Shown piece after piece: positions 9,996 to 20,222 of a DNA stretch of 64,000 nt. Both the position numbers and the translations under genes were made by a program. Origin of the DNA: an uncultured virus (IMG/VR IMGVR_UViG_3300046030_000041) (Duplodnaviria > Heunggongvirae > Uroviricota > Caudoviricetes); the IMG/VR virus record IMGVR_UViG_3300046030_000041; one strand, 5' to 3'. The notes below the pieces were generated by a model. It saw nothing but the letters and a program-made list of their open reading frames with translations. It did not search any database and was not told where the DNA came from. The stretch's first letter is position 1; each line of letters begins with the position of its first letter.

Positions 9996-10116
9996 AATGT
10001 TCATCTCCAGACATAGCAAAAGCCTTCAAAGGATCGCTCCCTCGAAGGCCTCTCTCACACTTTCATGCTATTAGTATGCCACGTCAAATGAATAAATGCG
10101 TCCGCGATTTTGGACA

Positions 10117-10575
10117 TCATGTCTTTCCAAATAAAAGAATAGCAAACTTAGCTAATGCACGATTCTTCCTTTTGTAGGCAGACGACCGTTCGATGTGGAA
10201 ATGATCAGCGATGGCATAGACAGCGCTCGTTTGTGCATCCTCATCAGCATAGAAGGTTTGCAGTACATATTGCTCGTCACTGCTTAGTTTCTCCCATGCG
10301 GGCTGAAACCATGCCATGTACTCCAACGCCTGCCGGTAACGTTCCTTCAGGATATCGATGTCTGCCAGACCGGAGATGATATGATCTTCTACGGCATGCG
10401 GGTTGCTGGAGTGCGGCATCCCATCGAAACCGGACGGATGCAGGCTGGTCATGGCAGCATATGCCTGCTTGATATCCTCGCTGGTATTTTCGATGATGAA
10501 CTGCGTGCTGTCGTAATCCCGGATGGCATCAATAGCACCGCTTCGTTTATTCAGATACTTCCAGATAACACTCAT
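10117..10575 (-). CDS. Putative late-gene transcriptional activator (DUF1492/RinA/ArpU-like)
   Basis: C-terminal sigma region-4-like HTH; sits between SNF2 and the packaging genes; homolog at 52895. Confidence 0.65.
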   Translation of the reverse strand: MSVIWKYLNKRSGAIDAIRDYDSTQFIIENTSEDIKQAYAAMTSLHPSGFDGMPHSSNPHAVEDHIISGLADIDILKERYRQALEYMAWFQPAWEKLSSDEQYVLQTFYADEDAQTSAVYAIADHFHIERSSAYKRKNRALAKFAILLFGKT

Positions 10576-11927
10576 AGGCTGCCTCCTTGCAAGCTGGCCC
10601 GGACTGCATCAATCAGTGCAGCCTGGGTTTTGTTTTTTTCTTTCAATGATTTCATAATGGTTTCATCTATGGTTCCGGCAGTCAGAATGTGATGAATGAC
10701 GACCGTATCCGTTTGTCCTTGCCGCCAGAGTCTGGCATTCGTTTGTTGGTATAATTCCAAGCTCCAGGTTAGTCCAAACCAGACGAGAGTGGATCCGCCT
10801 TGTTGCAGGTTTAGACCATGTCCGGCAGAGGCGGGGTGGAGAATAGCAACAGGAATAACACCAGCGTTCCAATCTGTTATATCTTGTGAAGTCTTGATTT
10901 CTCGCACCGTAAACCGTTGCTGAATCCGTATCAGATCATGCTTGAACCAATACGCAATCAATACGGGTTTGCCATTGGCACCTTCAAGAATATCCTCCAG
11001 GGCATCGAGCTTTCGGTCATGAATGGGAATGATTCGCTTTTCCGCATCGTAGACGGCACCATTTGCCATCTGGCATAGCTTGTTTGATAAGGCAGCCGCG
11101 TTTACGGCATCAATTTCTTTCCCATCTAGTGAAAGCACAAGCTGGGAACACAAGGTATCATACATGTTTCGTTCCCGCTTCGAGAGTTGTACACTGATTT
11201 CATTTCGTACTACTGCTGGCATAGTCAGATACTCCTTGCTTTTCATGGAAATGGTGATGTCTGCGATACGCCGATAGATTTCTTCTTCCGCACCGGGTTT
11301 TGGCTTATAAGAAAAGATCATCTGTTGGTTCCGTTTATCCGGTTGGAAAAATTCACTCCGGTAATGGGTGATAAAACGACCAAGTCGCTGTCCCATATCC
11401 AACAGGCGAAACTCTGCCCATAGATCCATCAGGCCATTTGAAGAAGGCGTACCTGTCAGTCCTACGATGCGTTTTACCTTGGGACGAACTTTTAATAGAC
11501 TCCGAAACCGTTTTGCTTGATATGATTTAAAAGAGGAGAGTTCATCAATTACCAGCATGTCATAATGAAAGGGGATGCCGGAATCTTCTATCAACCAAGG
11601 CACATTCTCGCGATTGATAATGTGGATATTGACCTGCTGCAAGAGTGCGGCTTTTCGTTCCGTAGCCGTACCAATAGCAACGGCATACGTTAAGTTATGC
11701 AGATGGTCCCATTTCTGGATTTCTGCTGGCCATGTGTCCCGTGCTACCCGGAGAGGCGCGATGACCAGAACGCGGTGTGCCTTGAAGCTGTCAAACAGCA
11801 GATCGTTCATGGCCATCAGGGCAATGGATGTTTTGCCCAAGCCCATATCAAGCAGAACGGCGGATATCGGATGCGTTTCGATGTAGTCGATGGCATATCG
11901 CTGGTATTCATGAGGTTTGTATTTCAT
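10572..11927 (-). CDS. SNF2-family phage helicase
   Basis: LDMGLGKT, VIDELS, GLTGTP, SAGHGLNLQ, QTNARLWRQGQ. Confidence 0.93.
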   Translation of the reverse strand: MKYKPHEYQRYAIDYIETHPISAVLLDMGLGKTSIALMAMNDLLFDSFKAHRVLVIAPLRVARDTWPAEIQKWDHLHNLTYAVAIGTATERKAALLQQVNIHIINRENVPWLIEDSGIPFHYDMLVIDELSSFKSYQAKRFRSLLKVRPKVKRIVGLTGTPSSNGLMDLWAEFRLLDMGQRLGRFITHYRSEFFQPDKRNQQMIFSYKPKPGAEEEIYRRIADITISMKSKEYLTMPAVVRNEISVQLSKRERNMYDTLCSQLVLSLDGKEIDAVNAAALSNKLCQMANGAVYDAEKRIIPIHDRKLDALEDILEGANGKPVLIAYWFKHDLIRIQQRFTVREIKTSQDITDWNAGVIPVAILHPASAGHGLNLQQGGSTLVWFGLTWSLELYQQTNARLWRQGQTDTVVIHHILTAGTIDETIMKSLKEKNKTQAALIDAVRASLQGGSL

Positions 11928-12189
11928 CCAGCATCCCTCCAATCTGCTCTGGTCGGTCAAGCACATAGACTTTGAAGTCCAGCCGACGAAGCAGTTCGTG
12001 TCTTGCTGTCTGTAGCGGGTGCGGCACCTTGCCTGGAGCCTTGACTTCCACGAAGGCCATGTGGCCTCCGGGGAGAAGCACAATCCGGTCCGGCATGCCA
12101 TCACACCCGGGACTTACGAACTTTGGCGCAATACCGCCCAACATCTTTGCCGCCTGTGTTAATTTTGCTTCAATCTGTTTTTCTCTCAT
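11908..12189 (-). CDS. VRR-NUC nuclease
   Basis: KFVSPG..GMPDRIVL...FVEVKAPG..LQ. Confidence 0.9.
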   Translation of the reverse strand: MREKQIEAKLTQAAKMLGGIAPKFVSPGCDGMPDRIVLLPGGHMAFVEVKAPGKVPHPLQTARHELLRRLDFKVYVLDRPEQIGGMLDEIQTS

Positions 12190-12222
12190 TTTCAGGTCCT
12201 CCATCAGGATTTTTAACTGGGG

Positions 12223-12317
12223 TGTTGACCTCGACGACCTCGATATACAGACTTTTTTTATATCAATTTTTATGTCCCTAAGAAAAGTTCCTGTAAAAGA
12301 GGTCGTCGAGGTCAACA
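12223..12317. other. Putative replication origin
   Basis: Perfect 19-bp inverted repeat TGTTGACCTCGACGACCTC around an AT-rich core, directly after the primase. Confidence 0.55.
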
Positions 12318-12325
12318 TTTGGTAG

Positions 12326-14593
12326 TTATTTCAGAAAATCTTCAAAATCTCCATCATCCGTTTTTAGCCGCAAACCAATAAAAAATCGCTTCCCTCTGGG
12401 GTTAGTTCTCTTAAAGCCTGCATTCTCCAGTGCAAAATAGAAATCTGCAGTGCTGCGGACATATTCGTTTGTGTCAATGCTGTAATTACGGTATGCCTGA
12501 TATAAGGCACCGGAGCTTTCACGGAAACCAGCATCAAGCTCGCATTTGTCTTCAAGAAAATGGCCAAACCAGTCGTTCTGCGCCCGGTACTCTGCAATCG
12601 CTTTCTTCACGCATGCCGGGACTGGGATTTTGTAGTCAAGTGCGATGACCTTCCGGGCACCTTCGATGATCCAAGTGAGGATACTTTCACCGGCGTTGTT
12701 GTAAAGATACTCGCCGTAATTCTTGATGTCGCTGGTACCTTCGATCTTGGCGTCGAACGGGATGACGATCAGCCTGCGCCAGATACCGTCATCGGAAGCG
12801 CTGACCTTCGGCAGATGGTTGGTGTAGAGCACCAATGTATGGCAGGGCGTGAAGCTGAACGGGTCCTTGTACTTTTTCTCCGCAAATACATCGTCGGTGG
12901 AGCAGAGCTGTTTGACGGTAGAGTCGTTGAGCCTTGCGCCTTCCTGCATTTCCGCCGCGATCAGCAGACGCTTGCCTTTGACCTCCGCCATTTCTGGCTT
13001 GATATTCCTTCGGCAGCCGACCGTCAGCGTATCGGCAGAGATGTTGCCGCTGTAAAGGCCCAGCACACGGGAGACAGCATTCCAAAAGGTCGATTTGCCG
13101 TTCCGCCCGCAGCCGTAAGAGATGATGAGAGCTTCCACAAAGACCTTCCCGATAGCGGCCAGTCCGCAGATCATTTGGACATAGTTGATGAGCTCTTGAT
13201 TCTTGCAGAAGATTAGGTTCAGGCTGTCATGCCAGAGCTGTTCGCCTTTACTGCTGGGTGAAACGGACGTGATCTTGGTGATATAGTCCTCCGGGGAATG
13301 TTCCCTCGCTCCAGCGATACCTTTGCGGAGATCATAGGTTGCGGTCGGGGTACAGAGGGCAAAGCAGTCCGCATCCAGATCACGAGGCGAAATCTCCAAC
13401 ATGGGGTGCGCTTCCTTCAGCGTCGCGGTAATATTCTTGGAATCACGGCGGCGGATTGCAAAGGACTGATATGCCTTTGCTGCGAGGAAGGCAGTGTAGG
13501 CTTCAGTCTGCGTATCATTGAACAGGGCCTTGGCCTTTGAAGTTGTATCGAGGATTCCCTGAGCGCCGCAGTCCGTCAGGGCTTTCATCGCCTCGTGCAT
13601 ATCCTTCGCGGCTTCCTCCAATTGGCGGCGGGTCAGTTCATGAGCGACGGCCTGTGCTCCGGGTTCAGTTTCCTTCCAGTAGTGTTCTGTGTACCGGATG
13701 AAATGGGTGGCTGGCGAGTATCGCAGTTCACCAGAGAAATGCTTGGCAAGCACCTCGGCCTGTCCGACGTCGGAGAAATCTGCCGGTTTATAGGAGGTGT
13801 CGTCGTTGTAAACCTCCGGTGAAACGTACCCGGACTGTTGCTGGACTCTGGCGTAAAACCGCTGGGCGCTGTGCCAGATGGTCGAAAGCTCGGAATCTTC
13901 CAGAGGGGGTATGCATTTCGCAGCCTCGTCGAGGAAGCACTGGTAAGCTTCTTCGCTGTCGCCGTATTTCTTGATGACCCGCCCGGCAAAACGGGACATG
14001 GTTGCGTTGCGGCTGCCTTCCGGTATAACCAGACTGGCTTGATGGCCTCCTGCCATATTTGCATCAAAGTCGTCATCCTCCAGAAACTCGGTCAAATTTA
14101 TGCTGCCGGGGAAAATTTCAACGTCGGTCGAAGCCGTGCCAAAGAAGAAACGTGCGGCATCCAGCGCCTGTATATCAAAATATGGAAAGATAGAGTTGAC
14201 CAGCTTCTTCATGCCGCCGTAAGCGGCCGCGTCTGTCATGCGTGTGATCGCAAAAAGGATATGAAACTTCGGCCGGGCGGACTTTCCGTTTTTCTCGCGC
14301 ATATTGTAGCGGCTGTAGTGGACCGCAAAGCAGACGTCTGGAAAGGCAGCGGCGACGTCCGCAGGCAGTACCCAATCCTCCGGGTTTTCAGAGTGGTCGT
14401 TGTCACAGTCGACCGGGAGACAATCCGCGCCGAGAAAATTGTCACCGCTTCGGTAGCTGTTTTTGTACTCAGCGCAGACGTAGTCGTGGCAGACCGCCGC
14501 CCGCAGGCTGTCTTCATCCGTAATCACGGTCTTATTGGGATAGGAGCAGTTGCCGGGATTGCCGATGATGTCGGAACTATACAGGGTGAACAT
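12326..14593 (-). CDS. P4-family primase/helicase (PriCT plus D5 SF3 helicase)
   Basis: DCDNDH, RPKFH, EGSRN, GRNGKST, YTNHLP..DDGIWRR. Confidence 0.93.
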   Translation of the reverse strand: MFTLYSSDIIGNPGNCSYPNKTVITDEDSLRAAVCHDYVCAEYKNSYRSGDNFLGADCLPVDCDNDHSENPEDWVLPADVAAAFPDVCFAVHYSRYNMREKNGKSARPKFHILFAITRMTDAAAYGGMKKLVNSIFPYFDIQALDAARFFFGTASTDVEIFPGSINLTEFLEDDDFDANMAGGHQASLVIPEGSRNATMSRFAGRVIKKYGDSEEAYQCFLDEAAKCIPPLEDSELSTIWHSAQRFYARVQQQSGYVSPEVYNDDTSYKPADFSDVGQAEVLAKHFSGELRYSPATHFIRYTEHYWKETEPGAQAVAHELTRRQLEEAAKDMHEAMKALTDCGAQGILDTTSKAKALFNDTQTEAYTAFLAAKAYQSFAIRRRDSKNITATLKEAHPMLEISPRDLDADCFALCTPTATYDLRKGIAGAREHSPEDYITKITSVSPSSKGEQLWHDSLNLIFCKNQELINYVQMICGLAAIGKVFVEALIISYGCGRNGKSTFWNAVSRVLGLYSGNISADTLTVGCRRNIKPEMAEVKGKRLLIAAEMQEGARLNDSTVKQLCSTDDVFAEKKYKDPFSFTPCHTLVLYTNHLPKVSASDDGIWRRLIVIPFDAKIEGTSDIKNYGEYLYNNAGESILTWIIEGARKVIALDYKIPVPACVKKAIAEYRAQNDWFGHFLEDKCELDAGFRESSGALYQAYRNYSIDTNEYVRSTADFYFALENAGFKRTNPRGKRFFIGLRLKTDDGDFEDFLK

Positions 14594-14919
14594 CAGTCAT
14601 GCACCTCTTTCGAACCGTCCTCCAGAACCTTGGTGATGAATTTGAGCGCCGTGATGATCGTTTCAAGCTCACAGTCGCCGCCGAGGGTAACTTCGAAACC
14701 CTCGCTGCCAAACTTGTCCCGCGTCACATGGACATCCATCTCTGTGGAGGCCAGATCTTTGATGCGAAAATAGGTGCGGCTGCCGTGTCCACCGTCGCCA
14801 CCCTGATAACCATTTGTGCCCGCCTCTACTTCGAGAATATTGGCGCTCACGACCTCGCGCTTATAAGTAGGAATTTCAATGCCGCCTATGCGGCGCGTAC
14901 CTTCAGTGATTGCAAACAT
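14593..14919 (-). CDS. Conserved hypothetical phage protein
   Basis: EAGTNGYQGGDGGHG motif; coupled to its neighbours. Confidence 0.65.
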   Translation of the reverse strand: MFAITEGTRRIGGIEIPTYKREVVSANILEVEAGTNGYQGGDGGHGSRTYFRIKDLASTEMDVHVTRDKFGSEGFEVTLGGDCELETIITALKFITKVLEDGSKEVHD

Positions 14920-15340
14920 CTTGTACCTCCTCCAATTCTTCTGTGAAATAACGCAGGCGGTAGTCTTTCCACCTGGCTCGTTTGATCTCTGCCTGCATGC
15001 CAGCCGAGATATTGCTGCCGAACACCCAGACCTCTGAACATTTGCTCATGAGCGCATTTCCGAAGAACAGCCCAAGTTCACGTTCGTTCGGATCGGCGTC
15101 ATTCAGAAACTGCGGAAACAGCAGATGCGGCGCGATCGGGATGAAACCCTTGTCCACAGCAAACCGGCTGTAACCTCGCGCAGCCTTTACGTTCTTTTCG
15201 ATGACTCCCGCATAGGGAGAACAGATATATACGATTGGCCGGAAAGCGCGGAGCGCGTGTTTCTCTTTTTCAATCAGCGTAAGGGCTTCATAGGCAGTTG
15301 GGTCATGGTAGCCCTCAGCGTTACGTTTATCGATACTCAT
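14903..15340 (-). CDS. DUF4406-like (nucleoside deoxyribosyltransferase-like) protein
   Basis: VYICSPYAG, PIAPHLLFPQF, CSEVWVFG..SAGMQAEI. Confidence 0.75.
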   Translation of the reverse strand: MSIDKRNAEGYHDPTAYEALTLIEKEKHALRAFRPIVYICSPYAGVIEKNVKAARGYSRFAVDKGFIPIAPHLLFPQFLNDADPNERELGLFFGNALMSKCSEVWVFGSNISAGMQAEIKRARWKDYRLRYFTEELEEVQDVCNH

Positions 15341-15422
15341 TTATGAGCCTCCTTTCCGGGCAGGCTTTTAGTCCACCTCTGTTACCCAATGGAGCCGAAA
15401 ACCCGCCTTGGCCGAAAATTTC

Positions 15423-17372
15423 TCAGTCTTTTTTATAAAAATCCGTTTCATAGCCATCCGCCCGTAGCAGAAGGCCCTTTGCCCACGGCGGCGTCCGACC
15501 CATCTGATCGCAGACCGCCTGCAGAGACATACGCGGATCAGCCTCAATGACCAGTTCATCGTGGATATGCATGACAATGGAGCAGTTCCGAAGCGTCTGC
15601 ATGGCATAGCACAGGATATCCCGGCTGGTCGCCTGCACGATATTTTCCACAAATTTTGGACCATAGGAATCGAGTCGTTCCCATTTCTTTGTGCCGCCGA
15701 CACCTTCGTAGGTGATGCAACTGCCGCCGAATTTGTTCTCGCCGATATGCGGTTTGACGTAGACGAGCTTTCGGCCGGAGGGCAGCGTGATAAAAAGCAT
15801 GCCGCTCTGGCAGGAGAAGATAATGCCGTGCGTTGTATTGGTATGTTTATTGCGAACAGCCTCCATTGCGGCACGGTCCACATCCCACCAGAGTTTTACG
15901 ATGTTTGGATTGGACTGCCGCCATGCGTCAACCAACGGAGGAAGTTCCTCCTCTGTGAGTCCCATTTCCAAAGCTCCCATCGCTTTGAGCGCCCCGACCG
16001 AGCCGCCGTAGCCGAGCGCCAATTCCGCGATTTTTCCTTTTTGCCGCAGGTGACCGTTGATGCCGTGCTTTTCGACAGGGATCTTGAACATCTGACTGGC
16101 GCTGGCGCAGTAGATGTCGCCGCCTTTCTTGAATACTTCGGTTCGCCAGTTTTCTCCGGCCAGCCACGCGATCACGCGGGCTTCGATGGCGCTAAAGTCC
16201 GATACAATGAACTTTGTACCGACTCTCGGCACAAAGGCTGTGCGGATGAGCTGCGAAAGCGTGTCCGGGATATCTTCATAGAGAAGTTCCAGCGCGTCAA
16301 AATCTCCGCAACGCACAAGGGCACGGGCCTGTTTCAGATCGGGAAGATGGTTCTGAGGCAGGTTTTGCATCTGAATCAGCCTGCCTGCCCAGCGGCCGGT
16401 CCGATTCGCGCCATAAAACTGGAACATCCCACGGGCGCGGCCATCGGCGCAAACAGCAGTCTCCATCGTCTGGTATTTTTTCACGGACGATTTGGCAAGC
16501 TGCTGCCGGAGGGAAAGCGCCTCGCCGAGCGGCTCCGGCGCGATCTTCAGAAGTTCGGCGACGGCTTTTTTGCCGAGCGTATCGGTTTCCAGCCCATTGT
16601 CGGAGAGCCATTGCTTCATCTGCTGCACTGAGTTCGGATTATCCAGCTTCGTCAGTTTTTTCATCGCGGCAGTGAGCTTTTCGCGGGACCGGCCGTCCAT
16701 GTCGATTGCCTGTCTGACCAGTGTCATATCCAAGGCAACGCCATGGTCATTGATTTCCTGATCCAGATGGTATTCATCCCACACGGATTCCGGCACCGGG
16801 AAGTTTGCGAGCTTGGCCTGAATCGCCATTTCCGTTTCGACATCCCGAACGTTGTATTTTTTGAACATGGACCATTTCTCCGGTGCATGGTACGGGTAGT
16901 TTCGGATACGCTGGCCGTTCACTTTTGTCGGTGCGCAGGGCCGACAGAAAAACTTGACGAGGTCTTTTCCTTCCGTCAGCTTCTGCTTTTCAAGACCGAG
17001 GACCGTGCCGACGCCTTCCAGCGAAAGCGGCAGGCCCATTGTGGCAGCCCATATCATGGAGCAGTGCCATTGGGCGGGCTCGAGATATTCGCCGGTCGGT
17101 AAGCCAAGATACCGGGATAGGCAGATCCGTTCAAAGCTGGCGTTGAAGGCCCACTTCGTTACGGATTCATCCGTGAGTGCGGCTCTGATTTCATCCGGCA
17201 GCTTTTCACCGCAGGCAAGGTCGATGGTTTGTACAGGGCCGTTGTCGGCGCTGTAGCCAAAGAGCAGAATCTCAAAGTCAGGAGCCTCCACATAGCGGTA
17301 AACGCCTGATTTTGAGAGGTTGATGCTACTGAAAGTCTCCAAGTCCACGGACAATGATGTTATGGTAGCCAT
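15423..17372 (-). CDS. Phage family A DNA polymerase
   Basis: DLET exonuclease motif, RTGRWAG, DFSAIEARV, RQKGKIAELALGYGG, HIHDE. Confidence 0.95.
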   Translation of the reverse strand: MATITSLSVDLETFSSINLSKSGVYRYVEAPDFEILLFGYSADNGPVQTIDLACGEKLPDEIRAALTDESVTKWAFNASFERICLSRYLGLPTGEYLEPAQWHCSMIWAATMGLPLSLEGVGTVLGLEKQKLTEGKDLVKFFCRPCAPTKVNGQRIRNYPYHAPEKWSMFKKYNVRDVETEMAIQAKLANFPVPESVWDEYHLDQEINDHGVALDMTLVRQAIDMDGRSREKLTAAMKKLTKLDNPNSVQQMKQWLSDNGLETDTLGKKAVAELLKIAPEPLGEALSLRQQLAKSSVKKYQTMETAVCADGRARGMFQFYGANRTGRWAGRLIQMQNLPQNHLPDLKQARALVRCGDFDALELLYEDIPDTLSQLIRTAFVPRVGTKFIVSDFSAIEARVIAWLAGENWRTEVFKKGGDIYCASASQMFKIPVEKHGINGHLRQKGKIAELALGYGGSVGALKAMGALEMGLTEEELPPLVDAWRQSNPNIVKLWWDVDRAAMEAVRNKHTNTTHGIIFSCQSGMLFITLPSGRKLVYVKPHIGENKFGGSCITYEGVGGTKKWERLDSYGPKFVENIVQATSRDILCYAMQTLRNCSIVMHIHDELVIEADPRMSLQAVCDQMGRTPPWAKGLLLRADGYETDFYKKD

Positions 17373-17887
17373 GAAAATATCCTCCCGTGTTTTATGGCGC
17401 TGATAATCGACTGTGACACACCATACATGGCAGCAAGGTCCGAGCCGCGTATGCCACACCAAATTCCAAATCGAATCGCTCCAACATCATCAACAGACAG
17501 CTTTCTCCATAGCTTCCCTTGTCTATAAACATCAAGGATGTTGTCGGTTCTGGTACCATAGCGAAGATTAGATAAACGATTATCAGTCGGTATACCATTT
17601 AAATGAAGAACCTCCATACGCTTTGGAGGCTCTCCAACAAAAGTTTTCATAACGAGCTGGTGTACAGGTTTACCATTGGTGCCTTTGCGAAGAATTACAG
17701 AAACATGACCACACTTACAATAGCGACCGGGTTTTAGAATTCGTTCTGGAATAGTACGGTAGAATGGCTTTCCTGTATACCAATTCTTGCTGACGGCCAT
17801 GCGCTTAAGGCTTTTAATGCGGCCCATAGTGCTTGCCTGATATTCACCCTCATAGCCGGGTATGTCTTTCCATATTTCGTTTTTCAT
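17360..17887 (-). CDS. NUMOD4-HNH homing endonuclease
   Basis: EIWKDIPGYEGEYQASTMGRIKS, VHQLVMKTFVG, HLNG..DNRLSNL. Confidence 0.9.
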   Translation of the reverse strand: MKNEIWKDIPGYEGEYQASTMGRIKSLKRMAVSKNWYTGKPFYRTIPERILKPGRYCKCGHVSVILRKGTNGKPVHQLVMKTFVGEPPKRMEVLHLNGIPTDNRLSNLRYGTRTDNILDVYRQGKLWRKLSVDDVGAIRFGIWCGIRGSDLAAMYGVSQSIISAIKHGRIFSWLP

Positions 17888-17950
17888 ATAATCGTCCTTT
17901 CATAACTCGAAAGGGTGGCAAGATTGCTCCCACCACCCACGGGTCAGACC

Positions 17951-18190
17951 TTACTTATTTAACTGCTCCATACGCTTCTGGTGGTATTCCTCATCACGGG
18001 CAGCCTGTTCCTGCTCACGTTTGTCGCGTTCCTTACGGTACTCGATATCGCGGGCGGCGGATTCCTGCTCACGCTTTTCACGCTTGCGGTCGTAGATCCA
18101 GCTCTGAATTGCGGTGATCAGGAACACAACGCTGAAGATAAGCCAAATGGCGATAAGCACGGTTACCAAAATTGTCTGCAATGTAGTCAT
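17951..18190 (-). CDS. Small membrane-anchored hypothetical protein
   Basis: N-terminal TM helix, charged repeated tail; same slot as 46417-46548. Confidence 0.65.
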   Translation of the reverse strand: MTTLQTILVTVLIAIWLIFSVVFLITAIQSWIYDRKREKREQESAARDIEYRKERDKREQEQAARDEEYHQKRMEQLNK

Positions 18191-18204
18191 AGTTGTTTCC
18201 CTCC

Positions 18205-18780
18205 TTAGTTCAAAAAGTCGTCATCGTTGTCAGTAGCAAAGTCGTCCTCTGCGCTCATTTTGCCGCCGAGAGGTTCCCCAGCGCGGATAAGTTGCAGATT
18301 GTTGAGGCCGCAGGCGATACCCTTGTTGCCGTTGCTGTTGAAGGCATACAGGTTGATGCTGGCGCGGCCGTAGACACCGGAGTAGACCTCAGAACGGGTC
18401 AGGACCGGATTGAGGTCTGCATCCACGATGCCGGGTGCCGTAGCGGAGTTGGCATTGATGAAGTAGGCATTGGCATAAGCGGGATCGTCCGGACGCTCGG
18501 CATCACCATTGCGCAGTGGATTCTTGATTGCGGCCAACGGCGGTACGGTCTTGCCGTTGCCCTTGAGTTTGGATTCGCCCTCGTGGTAGGCAGCTTCAAT
18601 GGCGGCCTTCAGCTTGGCGACAGTCTTGGTATCAGATTTTGGGATAATCAGGCTGACACTGTATTTCGGAGTGCCGCCGTTGATGCTTTTGGGCTCCCAG
18701 ACGTTTGCGTAGCTCCAACGGGTGTCGGGACCGGTGATGACCTTCATGGGGTTTTTGACTTTGTTCGTATTATTAGACAT
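18205..18780 (-). CDS. DUF2815 (Gp2.5-like ssDNA-binding protein)
   Basis: SYANVWEPKS, PKYSVSLIIPK, YSGVYGR, acidic tail. Confidence 0.88.
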   Translation of the reverse strand: MSNNTNKVKNPMKVITGPDTRWSYANVWEPKSINGGTPKYSVSLIIPKSDTKTVAKLKAAIEAAYHEGESKLKGNGKTVPPLAAIKNPLRNGDAERPDDPAYANAYFINANSATAPGIVDADLNPVLTRSEVYSGVYGRASINLYAFNSNGNKGIACGLNNLQLIRAGEPLGGKMSAEDDFATDNDDDFLN

Positions 18781-18793
18781 AAGATTGTCCTCC

Positions 18794-19921
18794 TTAATTT
18801 TCATTAAAATCGGCTGTTGCCGTAGACATCGCCGGTCGTTTATCGCTCTCCGGCACGAGCGTTGGTTTGCCTTGCGGTTTTTCGATGTAAGGGCTCAGAA
18901 GTTCGTCAAAGCGGGATTTGCCGAGCATTTTTTGCATGGCGGTGATGCCAAGCACCTTGCGTTCATACGGGTCAAAGCCCGCGTGCTCAACAACGTCGGC
19001 GACAACCGAGTCATTGACGTACTTCCGATTGGACCTACCTTCGACTAACTTCCAGCCGCTCCACGACTTGCCGCTGATCGCCTGCTGCAGGGCGTATTTC
19101 TTTATGTCGGATGCCCATGCGACAAGCTCATCCACCTTGGCGAGAATATCTTCGATATCCTCATCCGTGAGCAGCGGTGGAAGTTTGAACTCATACTGAG
19201 CCAGAGCGAGATTCGCTTCGGCACGGGCACGGCAGTCGTTCTTCGCCTTGCAGAAACCGCACCATTCGCCGCAGAGGAAATTACCGTCACCGGCAAACGC
19301 GAGTTCGGCGGTAGGCTTCAGAACTTCATCTGCCCAGCGGTACAGGTCATCTTTGGAAACCTCGTAGGTGCTGACGTTGTCCCGGCGCGGCTGGTAGATG
19401 GTCATGCTGACCGTTTCAATGTCGTAGATTTTGTCGAAGAGTTCCAGCGCGCCGAGCGCGTAACACATGAGCTGCGGATTTTCCTCCGCCCGGACGAGCA
19501 CGCCGAGTCCATGCTTGTAATCGCAGATTTTGAGGGTGCCGTCTGCGATGATGAGGGCATCCGCCGTTCCGAAGCCACCCTCCACCCAGCGGGAGAAGTC
19601 GACGCGCTGTTCGATGAGCACTACCGGATCGGCGCAGACATGCTTGGCGGCCTCGACCTGTTCGAGTACATAAGCGGCGTAGCCAGTGGCACAGTCATTC
19701 ATTTCCTTATTGAACCAGGTCAGGTTTTCGGTCGGGTCCTCAGCTTCCAGCCCCAGCGCCTTACGAAGTTTGTATTCGCAAAGTGCGTGGGCGTCGGTCC
19801 CTTCGGCGGCGTAATCACTGCCCTTGTCCTCGTAACTCTCGCACAGCCGTGCGGACGGCGGGCAGTGGAGCCAGCGGTCGGAGCTTGATGCTGAGAGCAC
19901 TGCATGTCCTTTAGGTGGCAT
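18794..19921 (-). CDS. DUF2800 (Cas4-like PD-(D/E)XK exonuclease)
   Basis: HAVLSASS..RWLHCPPS, FGTADA..DYKHG, CGFC..C. Confidence 0.88.
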   Translation of the reverse strand: MPPKGHAVLSASSSDRWLHCPPSARLCESYEDKGSDYAAEGTDAHALCEYKLRKALGLEAEDPTENLTWFNKEMNDCATGYAAYVLEQVEAAKHVCADPVVLIEQRVDFSRWVEGGFGTADALIIADGTLKICDYKHGLGVLVRAEENPQLMCYALGALELFDKIYDIETVSMTIYQPRRDNVSTYEVSKDDLYRWADEVLKPTAELAFAGDGNFLCGEWCGFCKAKNDCRARAEANLALAQYEFKLPPLLTDEDIEDILAKVDELVAWASDIKKYALQQAISGKSWSGWKLVEGRSNRKYVNDSVVADVVEHAGFDPYERKVLGITAMQKMLGKSRFDELLSPYIEKPQGKPTLVPESDKRPAMSTATADFNEN

Positions 19922-20222
19922 CGTCCAGTACCTCCGCATCAGCAAGCAGCGCCTTGTAGTTCGCGGGATCAATCTTCGAAAGTTTATCTGCACCGTACTT
20001 TTGAAGCAGCGAGCGAATCTCAACGGTATGACCCTTGCGGGATTTCTCCGCGAGAACGGCTCTCACTTCTTCAAGCGTTAGTGCCGGCTCCGTCACCGGT
20101 GTTTCTTCGGAAGGCTCTGCGGCGCTAAACGCCCCGTTCAGCCAGTCTGCCACGCTGTTAATAGCGGCAGCGGCATTCCGCAGTTCTTCGATGATAGTAG
20201 CCATATCGCCCATTTTGCTCAT
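19911..20222 (-). CDS. Small conserved phage protein
   Basis: LTLEEVRAVLAEKS...KLS; homolog at 44415. Confidence 0.7.
   Translation of the reverse strand: MSKMGDMATIIEELRNAAAAINSVADWLNGAFSAAEPSEETPVTEPALTLEEVRAVLAEKSRKGHTVEIRSLLQKYGADKLSKIDPANYKALLADAEVLDDAT

Noticed and set aside
18794..19921. Cas4-like gene as CRISPR-Cas evidence
   Set aside because: DUF2800 is a standard replication-module nuclease in these phages.
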